A stretch of DNA of 56,649 nucleotides from an uncultured virus (IMG/VR IMGVR_UViG_3300031413_000586) (Duplodnaviria > Heunggongvirae > Uroviricota > Caudoviricetes): IMG/VR virus record IMGVR_UViG_3300031413_000586; one strand, 5' to 3'. Position numbers and translations under genes: made by a program. Under the pieces are notes generated by a model that saw nothing but the letters and a program-made list of their open reading frames with translations, did not search any database and was not told the origin of the DNA. This document shows positions 19,018-26,354 of the stretch, piece after piece (the stretch's first letter is position 1; each line of letters opens with the position of its first letter).

Positions 19018-19554
19018 ATGAAACAAAAATTAAAGATTTTTTCAGTATTAACATTAGCAGTAATAGCTGCTGGTTGTTCATCCGTTACCAATCACTTCGC
19101 TAGTCATGTGGAAAAAGAACCTACACTGAATGGCTTAAAGTGGTCTACCAATGAAAGTAAAGTTTACTTAAGAACAATGTATGTACAAGCAGATTTTCAA
19201 GAAAATGGTCAAAAACGTGAGTTCAAAGATTATGACTACACACAGGAAACATCACCATGTACAGCCATCAAGAAATACAGCCCACGAACAAATGTTTATA
19301 CTATAGAACATGATAAAAAAACACTTTCTTTTGAATGTCGTCCGTATTTCAGCTATGATCAGCCTGACTTAAGAAGACTTTACTTATTGGGTTCAACACG
19401 AGATTGTGATGATAGAACATGGGACTATCAAGCTCCTATGGTAGATAGCTTTTTAGATGTAAAAATGTTATGTAGAAAAAACTCGAAAAAAGATTATAAA
19501 CAAGAAATCGAGTCTACCTATAAAGACTGGGTTAAATTGGGTATTCTTAAATGA
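19018..19554 (+). CDS. putative lipoprotein
   Basis: MKQKLKIFSVLTLAVIAAGC lipobox; GGAG SD. Confidence 0.7.
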   Translation: MKQKLKIFSVLTLAVIAAGCSSVTNHFASHVEKEPTLNGLKWSTNESKVYLRTMYVQADFQENGQKREFKDYDYTQETSPCTAIKKYSPRTNVYTIEHDKKTLSFECRPYFSYDQPDLRRLYLLGSTRDCDDRTWDYQAPMVDSFLDVKMLCRKNSKKDYKQEIESTYKDWVKLGILK

Positions 19555-19614
19555 GATTTGGAGTTAATAAAAAATAAGCACTCGATGGTTATTTTTATTT
19601 ATTTCAATTATTCA

Positions 19615-19643
19615 TTGACTTTTATAATGCTTTATTTTATAAT
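19615..19643 (+). promoter_or_regulatory. sigma70-like promoter of the leader/attenuator
   Basis: TTGACT-17 nt-TATAAT. Confidence 0.75.
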
Positions 19644-19669
19644 TAAAAATATCTAATAGGAATTTATTT

Positions 19670-19726
19670 ATGAACACTTACAATCTTAACAACAATATAA
19701 TAGCGAGAGCCAGAGCAATATCTTAG
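19670..19726 (+). CDS. putative leader peptide MNTYNLNNNIIARARAIS
   Basis: TAGGA SD; codons 10-17 ATA ATA GCG AGA GCC AGA GCA ATA; directly followed by alternative hairpins and a terminator. Confidence 0.7.
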   Translation: MNTYNLNNNIIARARAIS

Positions 19727-19729
19727 TGA

Positions 19730-19817
19730 GCTAATTTCATTGGGAGGGATTAGCATAGCTAAACCCTCTTGGCAGATTGTTAAAAGCCTTTGAGGGGATA
19801 CCTTGAAGGCTTTTTTT
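19730..19817 (+). promoter_or_regulatory. putative transcription attenuator (alternative hairpins plus terminator)
   Basis: GCTAATTTC/GGGATTAGC; GAGGGATTAGC/GCTAAACCCTC; CCCTC..GGC/GCC..GAGGG; terminator 19782-19817. Confidence 0.7.
19782..19817 (+). terminator. rho-independent terminator of the attenuator
   Basis: AAAAGCCTTTGAGG-ggata-CCTTGAAGGC followed by T7. Confidence 0.85.
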
Positions 19818-19909
19818 ATGTCTATAATAGATAGGTTACTGTTCGATCTAAATAAATGTATATTGTTGATTTTAAAGTAAAAAATTTAAAAATAAATTAA
19901 AAAAAAGTA

Positions 19910-19938
19910 TTGACAATATAAAAAAGAGTTGTTAGAAT
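19910..19938 (+). promoter_or_regulatory. sigma70-like promoter of the tRNA array
   Basis: TTGACA-17 nt-TAGAAT with A-rich UP-like element. Confidence 0.75.
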
Positions 19939-19996
19939 GTTAAACATGAAGAGTTGAGATAGAAAATAAAAAAACAAATCTTCTAGATATAAATAT

Positions 19997-20074
19997 GGGG
20001 GCACATGTTCCAAGGGATGGCGAGTTTGCCTTGCACGCAGACTGTGAAGAGTTCGATTCTCTTTGTCTCCACCA
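19997..20074 (+). tRNA. tRNA-Ala(TGC), atypical D arm
   Basis: GGGGGCA/TGTCTCC acceptor with G3:U70, loop CT-TGC-AC, TTCGATT, ACCA. Confidence 0.8.
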
Positions 20075-20081
20075 AATTTAT

Positions 20082-20156
20082 GGGCTGTTAGTTTAGCTGG
20101 AAAAATATCTGCCTTGCACGCAGAAGTACAGGGTTCGAGTCCCTGACGGTCCACCA
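20082..20156 (+). tRNA. tRNA-Ala(TGC)
   Basis: Canonical cloverleaf, TCTGC-CTTGCAC-GCAGA, G3:U70, ACCA. Confidence 0.92.
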
Positions 20157-20171
20157 GATTAGTAATAATAT

Positions 20172-20248
20172 GTCTGCGTAGCTCAGTTGGATAGAGCATC
20201 CGCCTTCTAAGCGGATGGTCGTTGGTTCGAATCCAACCGCAGACGCCA
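20172..20248 (+). tRNA. tRNA-Arg(TCT)
   Basis: Canonical cloverleaf, TCCGC-CTTCTAA-GCGGA, GCCA. Confidence 0.95.
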
Positions 20249-20256
20249 AATAAAAT

Positions 20257-20333
20257 GGGGCTTTTAGTTTAACGGGGAAAACGTTGATTCATAGCGGATC
20301 ATCAACATGGTTCAAGTCCATGTAGCTCCACCA
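20257..20333 (+). ncRNA. tRNA-like RNA with Ala-type acceptor and aberrant anticodon arm
   Basis: GGGGCT/AGCTCC-ACCA (G3:U70), D stem GTTT/AAAC, T arm CATGG-TTCAAGT-CCATG; anticodon arm lacks a canonical 7-nt U33 loop. Confidence 0.65.
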
Positions 20334-20342
20334 GATTATTAT

Positions 20343-20413
20343 GGGGTTTTAGTTTAATAGGAAAACGCTGGGGAAACCCGGAATTGTAAGGTCGAAACTT
20401 ACAGACTCCACCA
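20343..20413 (+). ncRNA. anticodon-less tRNA-Ala mimic (GAAA tetraloop)
   Basis: GGGGTTT/AGACTCC-ACCA, D stem GTTT/AAAC, CTGGG-GAAA-CCCGG, T arm GTAAG-GTCGAAA-CTTAC. Confidence 0.75.
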
Positions 20414-20419
20414 CTTTAT

Positions 20420-20495
20420 GTTCTCATAGCTCAACTGGAAGAGCAATGACCTTCTAAGTCATAGGTTGTAGGTTCGAGTCCTACTGGGAATACCA
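20420..20495 (+). tRNA. tRNA-Arg(TCT)
   Basis: Cloverleaf, ATGAC-CTTCTAA-GTCAT, ACCA. Confidence 0.92.
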
Positions 20496-20501
20496 AATTG
20501 T

Positions 20502-20578
20502 GTCCGTGTAGCTCAGATGGATAGAGCATCTGCCTCCTAAGTGGAAGGTCATAGGTTCGAATCCTATTACGGACACCA
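20502..20578 (+). tRNA. tRNA-Arg(CCT)
   Basis: Cloverleaf, TCTGC-CTCCTAA-GTGGA, ACCA. Confidence 0.92.
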
Positions 20579-20658
20579 AATACGGGGACTTATCTATAAA
20601 GGATAGGTATTATTGAAATCGTTGGGTTGGGATATTCAATAGAATTAAAGTTGTATAT

Positions 20659-20735
20659 GGGATTTTAGCTCAGTTGGTTAGAGCATCCGACTCATAATCG
20701 GCAGGCCGTAGGTTCAAGTCCTACAAGTCCCACCA
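20659..20735 (+). tRNA. tRNA with CAT anticodon, probably tRNA-Ile2 (lysidine, reads AUA)
   Basis: Cloverleaf, CCGA-CTCATAA-TCGG; arm resembles bacterial Ile2; elongator Met not excluded. Confidence 0.85.
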
Positions 20736-20764
20736 ATTTAAGATATTTTATGCTTGGGAGTTAA

Positions 20765-21160
20765 ATGATGGATTATCAAAAGCATATGTTAGATTTAGCT
20801 TGTAATAAAAATTTTAGCGTTGGTGATGAAGTTTTTGTATTGATTGATTACTCATTAGTCTCCGGTTTCATATTAAAAGTCAATGACAAAAGTATTAAAA
20901 TAAAATTGAATGCAAGTTTTGGTGTTAATTCATATGAAAAAAATTGCAAACCAGAAAAAGTAGTTAGAAAAGTTGATTATGCTGTACTAGTTTGGGAATG
21001 CTGGAAAGGGGTCAATGGCCGAGGTGGATATCGATTAGATACAATAATGTATCCAGATTTACAAAAGCCAGTTGATAAAATTAGACCTAATACATATTTG
21101 AATGAAAGTGAATTTGGGGAAGTATCAGATTTTAGTAAAAAGCGGTATTTAGAAGTATAG
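20765..21160 (+). CDS. hypothetical protein inside tRNA array
   Basis: 131 aa ORF, GGGAG SD. Confidence 0.7.
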   Translation: MMDYQKHMLDLACNKNFSVGDEVFVLIDYSLVSGFILKVNDKSIKIKLNASFGVNSYEKNCKPEKVVRKVDYAVLVWECWKGVNGRGGYRLDTIMYPDLQKPVDKIRPNTYLNESEFGEVSDFSKKRYLEV

Positions 21161-21211
21161 TGACAATAAAAAATTGACGATTTTGATATTGTCTGTTTAA
21201 AAAAATATTAT

Positions 21212-21286
21212 GGTTCTGTAGCATAACGGTAAATGCACCCCGCTCATAACGGGATGATTAAGGTTCGATTCCTTGCAGAACCACCA
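21212..21286 (+). tRNA. tRNA with CAT anticodon (Ile2 or Met)
   Basis: GGTTCTG/CAGAACC, CCCG-CTCATAA-CGGG, TTCGATT, ACCA. Confidence 0.85.
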
Positions 21287-21292
21287 ATTAAT

Positions 21293-21414
21293 AGAGAGAT
21301 AGCTTAATGGGAAAGCGGCCTGTGTCAGCAGGTGAGTTACAATCCTTTCAAAGTGTAAATTTTTTATTTATCTTGATTGAGATAGCGATAATGGTTCAAA
21401 TCCATTTCTTTCTG
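21293..21414 (+). ncRNA. tRNA-Asp(GTC)-like RNA with 56-nt variable-region insertion, no encoded CCA
   Basis: AGAGAGA/TCTTTCT+G73, D stem GCTT/AAGC, GCCTG-TGTCAG-CAGGT, T arm AATGG-TTCAAAT-CCATT. Confidence 0.55.
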
Positions 21415-21423
21415 CTTCATTAT

Positions 21424-21499
21424 GGGCTGGTAGTTCAGTTGGGAGAACGCTTGCATGGCATGCAAGAGGTCGTGGGTTCGAACCCCATCCGGTCCACCA
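21424..21499 (+). tRNA. tRNA-Ala(GGC)
   Basis: Canonical cloverleaf, CTTGC-ATGGCAT-GCAAG, G3:U70, ACCA. Confidence 0.95.
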
Positions 21500-21512
21500 A
21501 ATAATTTACAAT

Positions 21513-21587
21513 GGTACTCTAGCATAATGGCTAATGCTATCCGCTCATAACGGATTAATCAAGCGTTGATTCCTTGGATGACTACCA
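21513..21587 (+). pseudogene. degenerate tRNA(CAT), paralog of 21212..21286
   Basis: Intact D and anticodon arms (ATCCG-CTCATAA-CGGAT), mismatched acceptor stem and altered T loop. Confidence 0.6.
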
Positions 21588-21681
21588 AATAAAATAGAGA
21601 GAATTTTATAGTTCTCTTTTTTATTATCTATTTTTTCATTTTTTTGTTATATTAAAGAATATACCTTAAATAGGAGTACAT

Positions 21682-22328
21682 ATGGGCGGATTAGTCAACA
21701 CATCAATTAGATTTGAAGACGGTAAAATATTAAATACATTGATATATACCAGTTCAATAGATATTTTATTTACTTCAAAGGCTTTTTATGAACGTGATAA
21801 AAAATCAATAAAAAAATTGATTTCTAAAATAAAAATGAACACTTGGAAAGATGAAAAATTTGAGGCGGTTGCACCTTATCATTACGGTCTTATTACTGCT
21901 GATTTCATTTCAAACACTATCATTGATATGCAAGGATATTGTAGTATAGGCAAGTATATATTATCCAGTTTTGATTTACCTGCTCTTGAAAATCTGGAAG
22001 TTTATAAAAAATCTAAATATCATGATTATGAAATTTTCTAAACAATCAAGTTTTAGGATTGAGTTATTATGATGAAGACAATAGAAAAATCATCATTAAT
22101 AAAATAGATACCAATCTTGATACATTTGAAGATATTTATGCTTATATTCTTAATATAAATGATATCTATCCTATGTTGAAAATTATATATGATACTCATT
22201 GTAACATTATAAAAATTGAAGATTACGATTGTCAAAGTTATTTAAATACTTTATCTTCCATTAATTATCCATTGACTACAAACGATCATGTTTTATTCAA
22301 TGAATTCATTGACGAGCATTCCAAATGA
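21682..22328 (+). pseudogene. hypothetical gene probably split by a frameshift near 22035
   Basis: ORF 21682..22041 (AGGAG SD) overlaps a -1 frame open from 22032 to 22328 that lacks a good start. Confidence 0.45.
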
Positions 22329-22456
22329 CGATTAATAGAAAATTAATCATATACCTATAAAAGCAGAGAGCAATTTTTACCTAAAATCTATTATCAAAAT
22401 AGGCTTTATTTTTTAGTATTTTAATGCTATAATTGTGTTCTCAAAAGAGGTGTATT

Positions 22457-23113
22457 ATGAAAAATATAGTCAAATTTATGAAAAAAGATTTCATCTCAAA
22501 ACTTGTGATTTGTAATTTTTTATTCATAGCTATCTATAGTAGTTATTATTTTCAGCATCTTTCAAAGATAACAGCAAGTTTTATAGTGGGTATCTTTGTC
22601 TATTCATTGTTCGCCATTTATCGTTTATATACCCAAAAAGTAACTATCAAGTTTGAACATTTTTATCTGCTGCCTATCATTATTTTTTTATATCTAGGCA
22701 TAATGGCTGTTTATACTCGATATAATGATTTGAGTATCGTCAATCCTTCTTCAATACCACAGGCTATTGAAAGAGTTTTTGATTTTTTTGCACTAGCTAT
22801 GCTTGCATATAATGGTTTACTGGTAATGGTCAGTATAATTGCTTCTAAATCAGCACATACATATTTGAAGACCTGTAAACATAACATTCTAGTAATGACA
22901 GGATCAGAACCAGATTTTATTCACTATAAAATGATGAGACATAAAGAAAGCCATTTGGCATTTAGCGATTCAATTTTTACAATAAAAGGCTATATTCATA
23001 ATGGAATGGAACTTTCTTATAGGCAAATTTATGATTATATGAAAGAACAACAACGTACTTTTGAGTCTTTGAGTGAAGATGATTTTAATATTATACACAT
23101 GTTACATATTTAA
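22457..23113 (+). CDS. membrane protein (about 4 TM), C-terminal M(-4) tag
   Basis: Hydrophobic segments; ends DDFNIIHMLHI; GAGG SD. Confidence 0.7.
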   Translation: MKNIVKFMKKDFISKLVICNFLFIAIYSSYYFQHLSKITASFIVGIFVYSLFAIYRLYTQKVTIKFEHFYLLPIIIFLYLGIMAVYTRYNDLSIVNPSSIPQAIERVFDFFALAMLAYNGLLVMVSIIASKSAHTYLKTCKHNILVMTGSEPDFIHYKMMRHKESHLAFSDSIFTIKGYIHNGMELSYRQIYDYMKEQQRTFESLSEDDFNIIHMLHI

Positions 23114-23150
23114 TTGTCTTTCCAAAATAATATAGTATAGTAATCATTAG

Positions 23151-23227
23151 GCTGATATAGCTTAATTGGATAAAGTATTTGATTCCGAATCAAATGAATG
23201 TGGGTTCGAATCCCATTGTCAGCACCA
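23151..23227 (+). tRNA. tRNA-Arg(CCG)
   Basis: GCTGATA/TGTCAGC, TTTGA-TTCCGAA-TCAAA, TTCGAAT, ACCA. Confidence 0.88.
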
Positions 23228-23246
23228 ATTTGACATTCAATATTCA

Positions 23247-23275
23247 TTGACTTTAAACTCTATAAATAGTATAAT
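23247..23275 (+). promoter_or_regulatory. sigma70-like promoter
   Basis: TTGACT-17 nt-TATAAT. Confidence 0.7.
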
Positions 23276-23304
23276 ATGTCAATTAAAAAATAAGGAGCTT
23301 TATC

Positions 23305-23766
23305 ATGGGTGTAAAAAATTATGAAAATAAAAGACGTGTCTACTTTGATATGGATGGAGTGCTGGCTGACTTTGAAAAAGAAGCTATTGACCGTAATATT
23401 CCTTTTCATGAATTAAAAATTCAAGTTGATGCCTATCGTCATCTTCCTATCATGGAAGGAGCTAAGCAAGCAGTAAGACGTGTACGTGATGCAGGTTATG
23501 AAATTTTTGTATTGACCAAAATCCCTAAAAAGAATCCTTATGCTGCATCGGAAAAAATCTTTTGGATTGATGATCACTTTCCTGAATTTGAGGACCGTAT
23601 CATTATTTCGCCAGATAAAGGTGCTCTTGGACAAGAAGGTCACTTCTTGATTGATGATCATCCAGAATGGGCAAATGCTCACAATTTTGAAAATGGTGGT
23701 GGTGTAGTTATCAAATTCGAACGTGATTGGTCAGTTGTTTATCAAGCTCTTGGTATTACTGCTTAA
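23305..23766 (+). CDS. HAD-superfamily 5'(3')-deoxyribonucleotidase-like
   Basis: YFDMDGVLADFE, EKIFWI, DK, LIDDH. Confidence 0.85.
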   Translation: MGVKNYENKRRVYFDMDGVLADFEKEAIDRNIPFHELKIQVDAYRHLPIMEGAKQAVRRVRDAGYEIFVLTKIPKKNPYAASEKIFWIDDHFPEFEDRIIISPDKGALGQEGHFLIDDHPEWANAHNFENGGGVVIKFERDWSVVYQALGITA

Positions 23767-23781
23767 TAGTTAACTAAAATG

Positions 23782-23810
23782 AAAGAGCCTACGTTTGTAG
23801 GTTCTTTTTT
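23782..23810 (+). terminator. rho-independent terminator
   Basis: AAAGAGCCTAC-gttt-GTAGGTTCTTTTTT. Confidence 0.7.
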
Positions 23811-23829
23811 TATTCATAGAGGATACATA

Positions 23830-24654
23830 ATGAAACGCTTGGATCATGATGCTAATACACAAAAAGAAGTTATTAATTATTTTCAGACAAGAGCAAGACA
23901 ACTGTTGGTTGAGGGATTTATCTGGCAAAAGGATATTATTCCGGCAGTGGGTGGTATTGTTACTACGTTCAAGAAAGATGATGAGTTTTTCAAATCATAT
24001 TATGTGTTTGAATCAGAACGAGGAAAAGGCTATTCTAGTCAAGTAATAGGATCTATTCCTGAGCAGATAGTGACAGTTCCAGATTGTCAAATTGAAAACT
24101 TTTTAAGGGCTAAAGGCAAAGCTTATGTGCTAGCCGGTTCTTTTACCGAATCTACTGAATACAAGGCCATCCAAGCGTTTTATAGTGATGAAAGGGCAGC
24201 ACGCAGTCAATGTTATCTTATGAACCATATCGATGAAGGGTTAATGGTAATGTCATACTTTAATGCTAGTGAGGCAGCAAAGAAAGCTTTCTGCATTCAT
24301 CCATTGGTTCAAAATAGTCAAGATTTAGCTACCAATTGGAACGTTGTAAAAAATCAAGTTTCATCAGAGGTTTTGGGTTTGGCAATGGAGTATCGTAATA
24401 TTGCAAATGCCTATCTGTCTCATAGAGAAATTAAAAGTATAGATGAAATTGAATTGAGTCCAATTGATGATGTAAACTTGATGTTGATTGGTGATAAAGT
24501 TCAAAATTATAAGGACTTTTTAATTTATCATTATGGAACACATCCTAAAAGTGATCGACTTGATGCATATTTCAAAAATTGGCTACTCAAATTGAATGTA
24601 GACGAGTCTGTTTTTGTTGAATTGAGCAATCAACTTAAAGCGATTGAAATTTAA
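23830..24654 (+). CDS. hypothetical protein, GNAT-like N-terminus and HD-like C-terminus
   Basis: YVFESERGKGY; LMNHIDEGL..CIHPLVQ..LIGDKVQN; GAGGA SD. Confidence 0.55.
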   Translation: MKRLDHDANTQKEVINYFQTRARQLLVEGFIWQKDIIPAVGGIVTTFKKDDEFFKSYYVFESERGKGYSSQVIGSIPEQIVTVPDCQIENFLRAKGKAYVLAGSFTESTEYKAIQAFYSDERAARSQCYLMNHIDEGLMVMSYFNASEAAKKAFCIHPLVQNSQDLATNWNVVKNQVSSEVLGLAMEYRNIANAYLSHREIKSIDEIELSPIDDVNLMLIGDKVQNYKDFLIYHYGTHPKSDRLDAYFKNWLLKLNVDESVFVELSNQLKAIEI

Positions 24655-24790
24655 ACGTTCCAACATTATATTGAAAAACTTGTTAGTTTAGACCATATGA
24701 TGTCTATTTGACAGATTTTAAAAATTAGTACAAAAACTATTTTTTTAATTATAAGATGGTATAATGATATTAAAATCTGTCTAATTATGA

Positions 24791-25786
24791 ATGAAATTAT
24801 ATAATCTTACTGAAGTTAGAAATCAAATCCTCACGGATCTAAAATATAAAGGTATTGAAGAAAAAAAGGATACCAGTAAAATATCTTCCATTTATTCAAC
24901 TCGTTATGCTATTGATAAACTGTCACTTACTGAAATTCATATGATTATTAGTGATGATCCAAAATTTACATTTTATATCAATGAAGAACAACTTTCAAAA
25001 ATAAACCTCTTAGCTAAAATGAGCACAGGGCTACCTTTGTCATTTGATATGCTAAAACCTATTGTTTCCGACAATATCTTTACACATAAAGTCAATAAGT
25101 CAGATGACTTAAAAGAAGTCGTTTTAGCTTACAAAAAGCATGATATGGTTGCTGAATCGGTTCGAGAATATGAAGAGCAGAGAACAATTAGAAAAGCTAA
25201 AACTCTGGAAACCAACAATCGCTATGGATTTGTTAGTCGATCAGTTATGAGTAAGCGTATTGTTTCATTGGATTTTGAATTTGATCCTAATGATAAATTA
25301 GATGTATTTCAATTTAGTAATATTTCAGAAATTGGTGTTACTGTCTATGAGAACGGTCAAGTAACGGCTAAACATTATTTAGTTGAAGAAAATAAAAAAG
25401 AAAGCAATAAAGCTTTTTTACAAGATAAGTTTTTATTTGGGAACAGTGAAACTATTACAATTGAAGACATAGACCAGTTACTTAAAAATGTTGTGGCTGA
25501 TAATGATGTATTATTGGTTCATAGCTACTCTACAGAAATAAAATTTTTAGACAATAATAATATTGATATCTCCAATCTTGAGATCTATGATACTCAGCTT
25601 GTATTTAAAAATTATTTTGATAATGACCAGCCTAATTTAAAGCGTCTATCTCATATGCTTCAACATTTTGATCTTTCTTATTCCTTTTTACATAATGCCG
25701 GAAATGATGCTTATCACACTTTAAATGTCTTTCATAAGATGATTGACAATATTCCCAAGCAGATTATTAAACCTAAAATGTTTTAA
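24791..25786 (+). CDS. DEDDh 3'-5' exonuclease-like protein
   Basis: SLDFEF, SEIGV, VHS, YDT, LHNAGNDAYHT. Confidence 0.8.
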   Translation: MKLYNLTEVRNQILTDLKYKGIEEKKDTSKISSIYSTRYAIDKLSLTEIHMIISDDPKFTFYINEEQLSKINLLAKMSTGLPLSFDMLKPIVSDNIFTHKVNKSDDLKEVVLAYKKHDMVAESVREYEEQRTIRKAKTLETNNRYGFVSRSVMSKRIVSLDFEFDPNDKLDVFQFSNISEIGVTVYENGQVTAKHYLVEENKKESNKAFLQDKFLFGNSETITIEDIDQLLKNVVADNDVLLVHSYSTEIKFLDNNNIDISNLEIYDTQLVFKNYFDNDQPNLKRLSHMLQHFDLSYSFLHNAGNDAYHTLNVFHKMIDNIPKQIIKPKMF

Positions 25787-25843
25787 ATATATTCATTTTT
25801 ATAATTCAATATGCTATAATAGATAATAAATAGGGAGATTAAA

Positions 25844-26281
25844 GTGAAAAAGCTTTCTTGTGGCACACTTATTGTTCGAGAAAACTCAGGGGGGAAAGAA
25901 CTTTTTATGGCTCATGTCACTAATAAACCATTTTGGGATATTCCAAAAGGTGGTAGAAATAGTGAAGAAGGGTTCATTCAGGCAGCAATACGTGAATTGT
26001 ATGAAGAATCAGGTTTTGTTTGTGAACATGCAGAGTTGTTGGATCTTGGTTTGTATGAATATACTGATCGTAAGGATTTGTATTTATTTAAATATGTGGG
26101 AAATACTAATTTTTGTCATACGAAAGCTGTGTGTAACAGTACTTTTTTCAGTAAAATATATTCAGCCCATCTTCCAGAAGTCGATGATTTCAAATATGTG
26201 CCTTTTGATGAAGTATTAGCACATTGTAGTGAAGGCTTTAAAAAAGTATTTCCATTATTAATATCTAAAAAAATTATTTAA
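25844..26281 (+). CDS. NUDIX hydrolase
   Basis: PKGGRNSEEGFIQAAIRELYEESG Nudix box. Confidence 0.9.
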   Translation: MKKLSCGTLIVRENSGGKELFMAHVTNKPFWDIPKGGRNSEEGFIQAAIRELYEESGFVCEHAELLDLGLYEYTDRKDLYLFKYVGNTNFCHTKAVCNSTFFSKIYSAHLPEVDDFKYVPFDEVLAHCSEGFKKVFPLLISKKII

Positions 26282-26354
26282 GTGATAACCAAGATTATTT
26301 TTCTTGCTCTGTAAGCCTACAAATGTTAATATGGCTGTATTATTGGAGTTTGAT

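Noticed and set aside
19897..20199. 100 aa minus-strand ORF (and 21307..21504 on plus)
   Set aside because: Shadows of tRNA genes.
20257..20413. tmRNA
   Set aside because: Termini resemble tmRNA, but each RNA is under 80 nt with its own CCA and no tag reading frame or pseudoknots.
20584..20642. Additional tRNA starting GGGGACTTATC
   Set aside because: Only a 5'-like fragment; no T arm, acceptor 3' strand or CCA.
19997..23227. Amber suppressor tRNA explaining the early TAGs
   Set aside because: No CTA anticodon found; the TAG triplet in the 20257..20333 loop would pair with CUA (Leu), not UAG.
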